DNA from: an uncultured Gemmatimonadales bacterium
GTDB taxonomy: Bacteria; Gemmatimonadota; Gemmatimonadetes; Longimicrobiales; Gaopeijiaceae
DNA: 64,000 bases
Direction: 5' to 3'
Assembly: GCA_963823035.1 (NCBI GenBank)
Contig: CAWGKG010000012.1
Coordinates: forward strand, 416,001 to 480,000
Shown: positions 44,505-54,892 of the stretch, piece by piece
Position numbering within the stretch: the stretch's first letter is position 1
Layout: each line of letters opens with the position of its first letter
Program-made: the position numbers and the translations under genes
Notes under the pieces: generated by a model
Database searches by the model: none
Seen by the model: the letters and a program-made list of their open reading frames with translations, nothing else
Told to the model about the DNA's origin: nothing

Positions 44505-47299
44505 GAGATGGGACGCGCCGCCCGTTCCTTCGCACCGGCCAGGAAGATCCCGTTGAAGAGCAGCTTGAAGGTGCCGTGGGGCTGTCCGCGGTTCGTGATC
44601 TCGGGGCCGAAAAGGAAGAGGTTTCCCTCACCGACCTTGGCCTCGGCCATGGCCACCCCGCCGCGCAGCCTCTCCTGGCCCCAGGCCCATCCGGAGCGAA
44701 GCGGCTTCTCGGCATCGAACCACGCGACGGGGTGCACGCCCATCCCCACGGCTGCCGGATCGAGCCTCATCACGGGGCTGTTGTTGAAGAAGACGTCCAG
44801 CTCTTCGCCGAGGCCCCACGCGATGGGGCGGCTGGGATCCACGCGGACGCGCATCACGGAGCCCGGCACATAGAAGTCGTCCCCACCGAGGGCGACCCCC
44901 TCGCCATCGACCAGGTGGTTCGACAGCGGCAGGCCGGCGAGCCGGGCAAGCGCGGTGGAGGTGCCCACCGTGACGATCGTGCCTCCCGCCTCGAGGAACT
45001 CGACGAGGCGGGGCACGGTCTCCTTCACGGTGATCCGGCCGAGGCGGTCCTCATACTCCGCGGGGATGTTCTCCGGGGCCGACCCGAAGATCTCGAAGCC
45101 GCCACCGGCGCCATCGGCGGCGGGAATGGCGTCCGTGACGAAAATCAGAACGTCGTACTGCTTTCGCAGGTCACCCTGGTCGAGTCGCTTCGGGTAGACG
45201 ATCTGGTAGGGGAACTCGAACTGCTCGAAGAGCCAGCGGGTCCATCCGGAGGGTTGCGAGCCCCCATACTCGTCCCAAAGGCCGATACGGACCGAGCTGA
45301 GCTCGAGCATCGGTACGCTCGGCGGCGTGGAAACTCCTTGCACATCGATCCCCAGCTCCGACGCCCACGCCGAGAGCTTCTCCACAATCTGTCCCCCGGA
45401 TTGCACATACACCGTGCCGGGCGGGTAGACGCGGCCCTGGACCGTTATCGCGTCTTCCAGCCAGTTGACGTCGGCGCCTTCCGCGAGGAGGCGATTGGTC
45501 ACGATGGCGACGTCGTTCACCTCGTGGCTCAGGAGGAAGCCCGCGGCACCCCGAGCGTCGGCGACCCGTCCGGCGGGCGGCGCGGCCAGCCCGTCCAGTC
45601 GCTCGAACGGACCGTCGAACCCCTCCAGGATCCGGTCGAAGCGGACGCCCATCTGGAACGCCAGCGTGTAGCCGGCGTTGTCGTAGGGCGGGACGGGCGG
45701 ACCACCTTCGTACTTGACGTCGTTCGGGTGGTCCTGCGGCTCGAACATGTCGAGTACGTGGGCACGGTAGGCCTGGCCCGTCCGGACCACCCAGGAATCC
45801 GCGGGATAGCGCTTCCCGGCCACCTCGAAGTCCCGCGTGGCCCGCAGCACGGCGACGCCGTTCTTGATCAGCGTATTGACGAACTTCGTCGCGGTGGGGA
45901 AGTCGGGCTGGTCGCGAGGGATCACGTAGCCGCGCGGATCGCGATCCTCGGGTCGACGCAGCTCCGCGAAGTACTCGGCGGGCACGCCGGAGGAGAAGTA
46001 GCCCGCCAGGGCGCCCGTTTGCGGGCCGAGGAAGCGCTCCTCCCTTCCGTCGCGGGCGAGCACCTCCCGGAGGTGGGCGATGCGGCTGGGCGTGATGGTC
46101 CAGTGGTCCGTGTTCCCCCGCTCGATCTGGTCGTGGCCGGTCCGCCAGATGTCGAGGAGGAGCTCCTCACGGTGCTTCGACGCGTAGTCGAGCACCGCGC
46201 GGTTCGCGGTCACCTCGTAGTCGATGGACTGGCGGAAGTGCCACGTCTGCGGCGCCACCGGCAGGAAGGCGTCGCCGCTGGGCATGATCCGGCTCGGCAC
46301 GAAGGGCACCTCGATGGGCGTGGGGTTGCCCTGCGTCTCCGTGAGCAGGCCGATGATGTTGTGGAAGTACGCAGTCGTCCGCAGGCCGCCGTTCCACCAC
46401 GTCGAGAAGGGCCCGCCCCCGCGCATGGTCACCCCGGGCTTGTTCTCCTCTACGAACCGACCCTGCATGGCCATGCCCACCTTCTCGAGCCCGGCGAGCA
46501 CCAGCGGATGGATGTTGTAGTTGGCCGGATAGCGGAAGGGTGGGGCGAACATGATGGCGCCCGCCGGACCGACCTGATGGTGGTTGTACATGATCTGCGG
46601 CATCCAGTCGATGTACAGGATGCGCGACATGTTCTCCGTCTCGGGCTGCGACACCAGATAGGAGTCGCGGTTGTTGTCGTGCCCGACGTACTTGTGGTAG
46701 AGCCGGGGGATGCCGCCCGTGGTACGCTTCGTCGGGTCGGGCTCGCGCATGTACCACTCGGCGAGCAGATCCTGCCCGTCGGGGTTGGCCTGCACGAAGA
46801 GGACGATCACGTCGTCGAGGAAGCGGAGCGTCTCTTCGTCGCTCAGGCTCACCATCTGATACACGGTCTCCATGAGCTGCTGCGCGCCGAGCACCTCGGA
46901 GGCGTGCAGCCCTCCGTCGATCCACACCACCGCCTTCCCCTCCCTGGCGAGCATGCGGGCCTCGTCCTCCCCCACGCCTTCGGCGAGCGCGAGGCGTCGG
47001 GAGATCTGCCGGTAGTGCTCCAGTCTTGCGTGGTTCTCCGGAGACGTCACGATCGCCATGAGCTGCCGGCGGCCTTCGGCCGTGGGGCCGATGTCCTGCA
47101 GGACCATGCGGGGCGACTCGTCGGCGAGTCGCTTCCAGTATCCCTCCAACTGGGCGTAGCTGGCGAGCTGGTAGTCGGCGCCGATGTCGAAGCCGAGGAA
47201 GTCACGAGGTGTCGTGACGTTCTGGGCCCCTACGGGGAGGGCCGCGGCGACCAGGAAGAGGACGAATGCGGCCGAACGCCGCAGGCGGCGAGCGCACAT
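44501..47299 (-). CDS. M14 family zinc carboxypeptidase with C-terminal GATase-like domain
   Basis: Signal peptide; GLHASE, NPDG, HDNNRD, NHHQ. Confidence 0.92.
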   Translation of the reverse strand: MCARRLRRSAAFVLFLVAAALPVGAQNVTTPRDFLGFDIGADYQLASYAQLEGYWKRLADESPRMVLQDIGPTAEGRRQLMAIVTSPENHARLEHYRQISRRLALAEGVGEDEARMLAREGKAVVWIDGGLHASEVLGAQQLMETVYQMVSLSDEETLRFLDDVIVLFVQANPDGQDLLAEWYMREPDPTKRTTGGIPRLYHKYVGHDNNRDSYLVSQPETENMSRILYIDWMPQIMYNHHQVGPAGAIMFAPPFRYPANYNIHPLVLAGLEKVGMAMQGRFVEENKPGVTMRGGGPFSTWWNGGLRTTAYFHNIIGLLTETQGNPTPIEVPFVPSRIMPSGDAFLPVAPQTWHFRQSIDYEVTANRAVLDYASKHREELLLDIWRTGHDQIERGNTDHWTITPSRIAHLREVLARDGREERFLGPQTGALAGYFSSGVPAEYFAELRRPEDRDPRGYVIPRDQPDFPTATKFVNTLIKNGVAVLRATRDFEVAGKRYPADSWVVRTGQAYRAHVLDMFEPQDHPNDVKYEGGPPVPPYDNAGYTLAFQMGVRFDRILEGFDGPFERLDGLAAPPAGRVADARGAAGFLLSHEVNDVAIVTNRLLAEGADVNWLEDAITVQGRVYPPGTVYVQSGGQIVEKLSAWASELGIDVQGVSTPPSVPMLELSSVRIGLWDEYGGSQPSGWTRWLFEQFEFPYQIVYPKRLDQGDLRKQYDVLIFVTDAIPAADGAGGGFEIFGSAPENIPAEYEDRLGRITVKETVPRLVEFLEAGGTIVTVGTSTALARLAGLPLSNHLVDGEGVALGGDDFYVPGSVMRVRVDPSRPIAWGLGEELDVFFNNSPVMRLDPAAVGMGVHPVAWFDAEKPLRSGWAWGQERLRGGVAMAEAKVGEGNLFLFGPEITNRGQPHGTFKLLFNGIFLAGAKERAARPIS

Positions 47300-47472
47300 G
47301 GCAAGGCTCCCGGATCGGGGTCGGAGGCAGGGCAGTCAAGATGCGACTCCCCCGTCCCGCGGCAAGCGCGGACCGCATGGCGGGACCCGCGCCGGCCCGG
47401 TATCGTGCCAGCGCACTCGGCGCTTCGGCCGGGAGGGACGGCGGGCGGCTTGGATCCTGGGATGGGAGAACG

Positions 47473-48075
47473 ATGGAGAGGAACCGACTCGAGGCGTTCA
47501 GCGACGGAGTGCTCGCCATCATCATCACGATCATGGTGCTCGAGCTGCGCGTCCCCGACGGGGCGGAGTTGTCCGCGCTCACCGAGCTGTGGCCGCTCTT
47601 CCTCAGCTACCTGCTCAGCTTCTTGTACCTGGGCATCTACTGGAACAACCACCACCACATGTTCGCCGTCACGACCCGGGTGAACGGCGCCGTGCTGTGG
47701 GCGAACCTGCACCTCCTCTTCTGGCTGTCGCTCGTTCCCTTCGTGACCGGCTGGATGGGGGAGAACCACTTCGCGCCCGCTCCGACCGCGGTCTATGGGG
47801 TGGTGCTCCTCCTCGCCGCGATCGCCTACTACGTCCTCCAGGGAAGGATCCTCGCGGTGGAGGGGCCGGACTCGATCCTCGCGAAGGCGGTGGGGAGCGA
47901 TTGGAAGGGCAAGCTCTCACCCATCCTGTATGCGATCGCCATCCCCTCCGCCTTCTTGCATCAAGCCCTGGCGGGAGGGCTCTACGTGGTGGTGGCGTTC
48001 ATCTGGCTCCTGCCGGATCCTCGCATCGAGCGGGCGCTGGCGGACGCGGAGCGGCGTGCCGGCGCAGCGGACTGA
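47473..48075 (+). CDS. TMEM175 (DUF1211) potassium channel family protein
   Basis: RLEAFSDGVLAIIITIMVLEL; YWNNHHH; WLLPDPRIER. Confidence 0.95.
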   Translation: MERNRLEAFSDGVLAIIITIMVLELRVPDGAELSALTELWPLFLSYLLSFLYLGIYWNNHHHMFAVTTRVNGAVLWANLHLLFWLSLVPFVTGWMGENHFAPAPTAVYGVVLLLAAIAYYVLQGRILAVEGPDSILAKAVGSDWKGKLSPILYAIAIPSAFLHQALAGGLYVVVAFIWLLPDPRIERALADAERRAGAAD

Positions 48076-48079
48076 GCCC

Positions 48080-50855
48080 CTACTCGCCCCGTAGCGCCAC
48101 GGCGGGCCTCACCCTCGCGGCCCGTACGGCCGGTACCCAGCACGCCACCAGGGCGACCGCCGCGAACACCAGCGGGACGGACGCGAAGGTCGCGGGGTCC
48201 TGCGGCGGTGACCCCGTACAACATCCCCTGCATGAACCGCGTCAGTCCCGCAGCTGCCACCACGCCGCCCGCCACCCCGACGAGCGCCATCCCCATCCCC
48301 TGGCGCACCACCATGCCGACCACGCGCCCGCGGTCCGCGCCCAACGCCATGCGGATGCCGATCTCGGGCGTGCGCTGGCTCACGGCGTACGCGAGCACGC
48401 CGTAGATCCCCACGAGGGCGAGCGTGAGCGCGACCCCCGAGAAGACGGCGAGGAGGAGCATCGCGAAGCGCGGCTGCGCGACGGACGCCGACAGGACGTC
48501 GTCCATCGTCTGGACCTGGGACACCGGCATGCGCGGGTCCAGCTCGGCGATCACCTTGCGCACCGGCTGTACCAGGTCCGCGGGATCGCCGGTGCGGGCC
48601 TGGATCGTGAGCGTCATGCTGCGCATCGACGACGCGACCTGAGCGTGCGGGCGATAGAAGCGCTCGTTGACATCGGCCGTGAGCCCGTTGTGCCGGAGGT
48701 CTCCCACCACCCCCACCACGGTCGCCCAATCGCGGTGGTCGGCGGAGTTGAGCCGTCCGTCGAAGACGCTGATGCGTCCGCCCAGGGGGCTCCGGTCCCC
48801 GAAGTAGCGGCGCGCGAGCGCCTGGTTCACGATGATGACGTCCTCGCCGTCGACGTTGTCGCCGGGCTGGAAGGTCCGCCCCTCGAGGAGGGGGATCCCC
48901 ATGACCTCGAAGTAGCCCGGCGTCGCCCACTGCCAGTCGGCCTGCGTGGACTCGTTGGGGCCGGGCTCGTAGCCGTCCACGCGCAGTCCCGAGTCGCCCA
49001 TCGTGCTGGCGAGCGGCAGGATGCGGGCGGCGCCCGCCGCGCTCACCTGGGGCATCTCGCGGATGCGGCGTAGCAGCTCATCGTAGAACGCGACGACGTC
49101 CGCGCTCTCGGGATAGCTCGCGCTCGGCGCCGTGATGCGCATCGTGAGCACCCGCTCGGGATGGAACCCCGGATCGACGGCCAGCAGACGGACGAACGTC
49201 CTGATCATCAGCCCCGAGCCGGTGAGGAGGAGCACGGCCATCGCCATCTGGGCGGCCACGAGGAGGCCCTGCGCACGATTCGAACGCGCCCCGCGCCCGG
49301 AGCCGCGAGAGCTGTCGGTGAGCGTGCGTGCTCCTCTCCCGCGGGACACGCGCATCGCCGGCATGATGCCGAAGAGGAGGGCGGTCAGCGCGGAGGCGCC
49401 GAGCGCGAACGCGAGGACGGTGCCGCTCATGTGGATGTTGCCGGCGCGCGGGACCGCGGTCGGATCCACGGCGAGCAGCGCTCGCAGGCCGACGGAGGCG
49501 AAGACGACGCCGAGCACGCCACCGGTCAGGGAGAGGAGGAGCGATTCCGTGAGGAGTTGCCGCACCAGACGCAGGCGTCCGGCGCCCAGCGCCGCTCGCA
49601 CGGCGATCTCACGCGTGCGGGCTTCCGAACGCGACAGGAGGAGGTTGGCGACGTTGCCGCAGGCGATCAGCAGAACGAACACCACCGCCCCCAGAAGGAC
49701 CAGGATGGTGCCGCGCGCCGTGCCCACGACATCGTTCTTGGCGGAGTAGAGCCGGGGAACGAATTGCATCTCCGCGCGGCGGCTCCCCTCGGCCACCCAC
49801 CGCTGGGCCTGGTCCTCCAGGTCGGCCCTGGCTTCCTCGACGGTGACACCGGGCTTCAGCCGCGCGACGACGTACGAGCCGTGGTTGCCGCCGTTCGTGC
49901 GCACGGGGTCGGGGGCGTCGCGGTCCAGGTACACCGGCTCGTAGACCTCGCTCACGTCGGTGGAACCGTAGTCGGCGGGAAGCACGAACCCCTTCGGTAG
50001 GATTCCGAGGACCGTTTGGCCGGTGCCGTCGATCTCGACGCTCCTTCCCACCACTCCTCGGTCGCCGTTGAACCGCCGTTGCCAGAGCTCGTAGCCGATC
50101 AGGACGAAGGGTGCCTCCGCCTGGGCCTCCTCCCAGGTGAACGTCCTTCCCAGGACCGGCTCCACGCCGAGGACGGAGAAGGTGTTCGGCGTGACACCGG
50201 CCGCGCCCACGCGCTCCGGGTTGTCGGGGTCCGTGAAGTTGGCGCTCCCTCCGTAGTAGAGCGCCAGGTCCTCGAAGGAGCGGCTGTCCTGGACGTACGC
50301 CTGGTACTCGCCGACGGACACCCAGGTCTTGTCGGGGAAGTTGTTCCAGCTGCTCCAGATGGTGACCACGCGGTCGGGGTTCCCGTACGGCAGTGGCGCC
50401 AGCAACACGCCGTCCGCGACGCTGAAGATGGCCGTCGCGGCCCCGATGCCGAGCGCGAGCGTGAGCACGGCCACGGTCGCGAACCCCGGCGCCTTGCGCA
50501 GCGCCCGCAGCGCGAACCCCAGATCCTGTGTGAGCGCACCCATGCCCCCCCCTTCGCCGCTGAAATGGATCCACCTGCGCACGAGCCTGCCGAGCAGCCC
50601 CGCCACCACCCGCCCGGCCGGCGCCTCGCACGGCCGGAGCGTCACCACCACGATCCGCCCCTCCTCCGGGTCGACCCTACACAGCAGGCGCTGCCCTGCC
50701 GCGGGCAGCTCGATCGGTCCGGCGCCCTCCCACCCGGGCGGAGGTCCGGCCTCCTCGAGCTGTCGGATCCGCTCGGCGACGCGCCGCTGCTCGTCGCGAG
50801 GCAGGTCGCGCAGCGCGCGCACGGCTGGATGGGAGAGCTCGATCCTCCAGGTCAC
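48080..50855 (-). CDS. ADOP ABC permease with in-frame N-terminal RelE/ParE-like domain; frameshift near 48205
   Basis: GTG 50855 [28 protein letters not shown]...; linker [38 protein letters not shown]; corrected end RPAVALRGE*. Confidence 0.85.
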
Positions 50856-50869
50856 GTCGAACGGCCCCT

Positions 50870-51124
50870 TCAGAGGTCCAGGTCCCTGCGGACCTCGTCC
50901 CACGAGACCGTGCCGAGCTCGGACACGGCCTCCAGGGCCGCCTCGTAGTCGCGCTTCTCCAGGAGAGCGCGCAGCCGCTCCAGAAGCGTCGCGTCCTCCA
51001 CCGGGACGATCGCCACCAGCTCCTTGCCGTGTCGGGTCACGACGAAGCGCTCTCCCCCGTAGGCGGCGCGGTTGAGGAGCTCGGCCATGTTCTTCCTGGC
51101 TTCCCCGGTGGTGATCGGCTTCAT
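50870..51124 (-). CDS. Phd/YefM family antitoxin
   Basis: MKPITTGEARKNMAELLNRAAYGGERFVVTRHGKELVAIVP; acidic tail VSWDEVRRDL. Confidence 0.92.
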   Translation of the reverse strand: MKPITTGEARKNMAELLNRAAYGGERFVVTRHGKELVAIVPVEDATLLERLRALLEKRDYEAALEAVSELGTVSWDEVRRDLDL

Positions 51125-51199
51125 GGTCGGCTCTCCGGACGTCGTGCGTCTTCCCCTTGGACGCCGCGATGCGTCCTGGGGTTGGGACGGGTTGTAAGA

Positions 51200-51216
51200 T
51201 TTGTACAAAACGTACG
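51200..51216. promoter_or_regulatory. TTTGTACAAA and CGTACG palindromes, Phd/YefM-type operator
   Basis: Perfect 10-bp palindrome with TGTACA core next to a TTGCCA -35-like hexamer (51224-51219, minus strand). Confidence 0.65.
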
Positions 51217-51237
51217 GATGGCAAGGGCGTCCCCAAG

Positions 51238-51274
51238 AGAAAAGGGGGCGAGGGGCCTCTCGCCCCTCGCCCCC
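51238..51274 (-). terminator. Rho-independent terminator of the metalloprotease gene
   Basis: 13-bp stem GGGGGCGAGGGGC/GCCCCTCGCCCCC followed by TTTTCT on the minus strand. Confidence 0.8.
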
Positions 51275-51316
51275 ATCCCCTCCCGGACGCCGGTCTCGAT
51301 CAGCGCGCCGACGCGC

Positions 51317-53893
51317 CTACCACCACCAGCGGTCCCAGTCGCAGCTCAGGTCGATCTGCGGCGTGCCGGCGGCGGGCGCGCTCGAGCCGGACCAGGCCCA
51401 GCGGCCGAGCCAATCGAGGCCGGGGTCCCCGATGGGATCGCCTGGCGGCATGGCCGGCGCGTCAGGCGCGGCGACCGGCGCGTGCGGGCGCTCCAGGAAT
51501 CGACCGATCTCCGAGGTGAGCAGGCGGTAGTTCGCCCGGTCGGCAGGCTCGGCGCCATCCGTCGCCTGCGCGAGTTGAACGGCCAACTGCTCGAGCTCGT
51601 ATTGCGCCTCGGCGCGAACCTGCGGCATGGGCGCGGCGCCGGCGAGCGACATCAGCCGATCCACGAAGACCTGTTCGACCGCGCGGTTGACCGCCGCCTC
51701 GTACCCGTCCGCCGGCGACGCCCCGAACGTCGCCTGGCGCACCTGCTCGATGACGTCCATCAGCCCGGGCAGCGACGGATCGAGCGCCTTCTGCTCGACC
51801 ATGCGCGCGCTGCGGGCCGGATCGAAGAGGTATTCGAGCGTGAAGCTCGCCGAGGCGGTGGCCGGGGCCACCGCGTCGAACACCAGGCCTGTCTGGCGGC
51901 GGAAAAGCTCCTGGTGCGGATTGAAGAGGAACGGCCGCGGGGGCAGCTCGGCGAGTACGTCCCGTGGGATCGTCAGCTCGGACGGCCGCAGGGTACGCAG
52001 CAGCGCCTCGACCGCCTGGCGCTGCTCGGCCGCGGGCACCGCGCGGAGCGGTTGCTGTCCGTCGCCGCGGAGCGCGTACGTGTAGTACTGGCCCCCGACC
52101 ACCTTGGACGCCGCCTGTGCCTGGTAGCGGTGGTAGAGGAAGAGGGGGACGAGCGCTTCCTCGATCGTGGCGAGTGGCTCGCCGCGCTTGATGGCCGCCT
52201 CTCCGAAGTGGTCGAGCGCCACGCGGCGAACGTCCATCATGCGCTGGAGCTCCGCCGCGGCGTTCGCGCCGTTGTCCCAGAGGTGGACGTTGGGGTGGGC
52301 GCTCGACGGCGGGCGCGCGTCCTGGTCGGTGATGAAGGTGATGCCGCTGCGGATGCCCTCCTGCAGGATCGCGTCGAGCGCGGCGTCCTCGTCCGTGCCG
52401 GGGGGGAAGTCCGTGTAGCCGTAGCGGATCGTGATCTTGTCCCACGCGCCGATCTCGTTCGCGTAGGAGTCACGCCCGAGGTGGATCTGCCCGTTCTGCA
52501 GCGTGACCACCGGCTGCGGGTAGTCCATCACGGACTGGACGCCATTCGCCTTCTGCGCGCTGGAGAGGTAGTTGTGCGCGAGACCGAGCGTGTGCCCGAT
52601 CTCGTGCGCCGCGAGCTGGCGGATGCGCTGGAGCGCCATCTCGGAGATCGCCGTGGGGTTCTCGTCGCCGTTCGCGTAGGGCGACAAGAGGCCCTCCCCG
52701 ATCAGATAGTCCTGCCGCACGCGCAGCGACCCGAGGGTGACGTGCCCCTTCAGGATCTCGCCCGTGCGCGGGTCGACGATCGAGTTGCCGTAGCTCCACC
52801 CTCGCGTCGAGCGGTGGACCCACTGCACCACGTTGTAGCGCGCGTCCATGGGATCGGCCGTGTCGGGGAGCACTTCCATCCGGAAGGCGTTGATGAACCC
52901 CGCGGCGGTGAACGCCTGGTTCCACATGCGCCCGCCCTCGAGCAGCGCGCTCCGAACCGGCTCGGGCGTGCCGGGATCGAGGTAGTACACGATCGGCTCG
53001 ACCGGCTCGCTGGGCGCCGCGCCGGGGTTCCGTTTCTTGATCCGGTGGCGCGCGATGAAGCGCTGCTCGAGGTCCTGGTCGATCGGCTGGGCGTAGTCCA
53101 TGTACGCGATGCCGCCGTAACCGGATCGAGGGTCGGCCCTGCGCGGCGTATAGCTCCCGTCGAGCGCGGGGAGCTTCACGAAGGAATGATGCTCCCGCAC
53201 CGTGAGCGCCTCCGCGTCGGGCGTGACGCTCCGGACCAGGCCGCCGGGCTGGTCGGAGGTGAAGGTGAGCGTCACCTCGACCTCGGTGTTCTCCGGGAAG
53301 ACCTTCGTGCGCGGCAGATAGAAGGCGCTCCGTGACGCGTCCAGCCGGTAGGTCCCCTGATTGCCGCGCCGCAGCGTCTGGATCACGCCGTGCGCGTCCT
53401 GCAGGAAGAAGTCGGTGGCGTCCACGAGCACCCGATCGCCGGTCACCGCCTCCACCTTGAAGCCCCACAGCACCGAGGTCGGAAAGCCGTCGTCCACCGA
53501 CTTCCGCTCCATGGGCCGGTCGGAGACCGCGCGGTATCTGTAGTTGGGCTCCTGCATGAGCACCTTCGGCCCGACCCGCTCGAACCTCACCACGTGCTCG
53601 CCGCCCAGATCGCCGCGATTCAGCCCGATGTCGTTCTGACCCAGTCCGGCGGGCAGCGAAGGGTAGTACAGGAGCTCCTCGTTCCAGCGGCCGATCTCCA
53701 GCCACATCTTCCCGGCGCTCTCGTCCCAGTAGACCGGGAGGAATCCGTCCATCTTCCGCATCCCTTCGGTCTTCTTCTCGATGGTGGGCGGTGTGGACGT
53801 CGGCTCCTGTGCGACCAGACCCGGTGAGCCGACACGGGTGCAGACCACGAGGAGGAGCAGGAGGAAGAGGCGGGTGACCTTGCTGCGATCCAT
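51317..53893 (-). CDS. Zinc-dependent metalloprotease (DUF5117/EcxA-like metzincin)
   Basis: Signal peptide; PIVYYLD, DPRTGEI, HEIGHTLGLAH, SVMDY Met-turn. Confidence 0.92.
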   Translation of the reverse strand: MDRSKVTRLFLLLLLVVCTRVGSPGLVAQEPTSTPPTIEKKTEGMRKMDGFLPVYWDESAGKMWLEIGRWNEELLYYPSLPAGLGQNDIGLNRGDLGGEHVVRFERVGPKVLMQEPNYRYRAVSDRPMERKSVDDGFPTSVLWGFKVEAVTGDRVLVDATDFFLQDAHGVIQTLRRGNQGTYRLDASRSAFYLPRTKVFPENTEVEVTLTFTSDQPGGLVRSVTPDAEALTVREHHSFVKLPALDGSYTPRRADPRSGYGGIAYMDYAQPIDQDLEQRFIARHRIKKRNPGAAPSEPVEPIVYYLDPGTPEPVRSALLEGGRMWNQAFTAAGFINAFRMEVLPDTADPMDARYNVVQWVHRSTRGWSYGNSIVDPRTGEILKGHVTLGSLRVRQDYLIGEGLLSPYANGDENPTAISEMALQRIRQLAAHEIGHTLGLAHNYLSSAQKANGVQSVMDYPQPVVTLQNGQIHLGRDSYANEIGAWDKITIRYGYTDFPPGTDEDAALDAILQEGIRSGITFITDQDARPPSSAHPNVHLWDNGANAAAELQRMMDVRRVALDHFGEAAIKRGEPLATIEEALVPLFLYHRYQAQAASKVVGGQYYTYALRGDGQQPLRAVPAAEQRQAVEALLRTLRPSELTIPRDVLAELPPRPFLFNPHQELFRRQTGLVFDAVAPATASASFTLEYLFDPARSARMVEQKALDPSLPGLMDVIEQVRQATFGASPADGYEAAVNRAVEQVFVDRLMSLAGAAPMPQVRAEAQYELEQLAVQLAQATDGAEPADRANYRLLTSEIGRFLERPHAPVAAPDAPAMPPGDPIGDPGLDWLGRWAWSGSSAPAAGTPQIDLSCDWDRWWW

Positions 53894-54016
53894 CGGGCGC
53901 TCCTGGCGGTTCTGGCGAATCCAGCTCTCTCCGCCCGTCGTGGAACGGAGACCGCGCAATGTGACCCGGGCGGGTCCGGATGCGCCAGCGACCGTTCGTG
54001 CCGTCCGGGAATGCGG

Positions 54017-54892
54017 CTACAAGCCGTCCAGCTTGCAGCGCAGGATCGACATCGAGCCGGGTCCCCCGAGCGGCCCGCCCTCCGAGGTCAGGAACACCCG
54101 GCCGTCGAGGCCGATCCCCACGCCCTCGCCCTGGGCCTCGTTGAGCGTGCGCAGGTTCACCAGTCCGCCGTCGACCGGTACGAGCGTGTCCGACCGCACA
54201 TGGTAGAACTGGAGGGACTCGTAGGTGCGGATCGCCGCGAGTTCTCCCCCGGGTGCCACGCTTCCGCCGGTCACCTGGCGGGGGAGGAAGCGCGCGCCGT
54301 CGGAGAGACGCTGTATCTCCTCCAGAACGACGGTGTCCGGCCGGAGCACCCCCGGATACCGGTAGACGGTCACGGGGTCGTTGCGCCCCTTCGTCACCAC
54401 GAGCACGCGCTCGCCGGGAAGGACGAGGAGGGCCTCCGCGTCACGAGGCCCGTCGGGAAATCGCACCGGAAAGACGTCGGTGCGCAGCGTCGACGGCGAC
54501 ACCGGGTCGGGCTCGGCTGTGCGCAGGATTCGGGCGAAGGGCCGCTCTTCGTAGTTGTCTCCGGTATCGGCGAGGTAGAGACAGGATCCGCCGTCGCCGC
54601 AGGTGGACAGGGCCACGTCCTCCCAATCGCGAGTGCCCGGCTGGATGGGGAAGCGCGCGATCACCTGGCCGGCCGCGTCGACCGCGAAGAGGTCGGAGCC
54701 CGCGCCGTCGGCGTGCGTCCAGAGCACGCCGGGGTGGCGAAGGCTCACCGCTACGCCGCTCGATTCCCGGAGGACGTCCGGGAGCCGAGCGGCGGCTCCG
54801 TCGGGTCGGCATCCGGGGCCGCCGGTCGCCAGGGGGCCACAGGCCGCGACGCCGAGGAGAAGGACCGCCGTGCGTCGCGCCGCAGCGTTCAG
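54017..54892 (-). CDS. Hypothetical beta-propeller lipoprotein; probable CTG start
   Basis: VAAC lipobox; ESSGVA..LWTH.D, DWEDVA, ADTGDN, DAEAL, QGEGV, LTSEG. Confidence 0.75.
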   Translation of the reverse strand: MNAAARRTAVLLLGVAACGPLATGGPGCRPDGAAARLPDVLRESSGVAVSLRHPGVLWTHADGAGSDLFAVDAAGQVIARFPIQPGTRDWEDVALSTCGDGGSCLYLADTGDNYEERPFARILRTAEPDPVSPSTLRTDVFPVRFPDGPRDAEALLVLPGERVLVVTKGRNDPVTVYRYPGVLRPDTVVLEEIQRLSDGARFLPRQVTGGSVAPGGELAAIRTYESLQFYHVRSDTLVPVDGGLVNLRTLNEAQGEGVGIGLDGRVFLTSEGGPLGGPGSMSILRCKLDGL

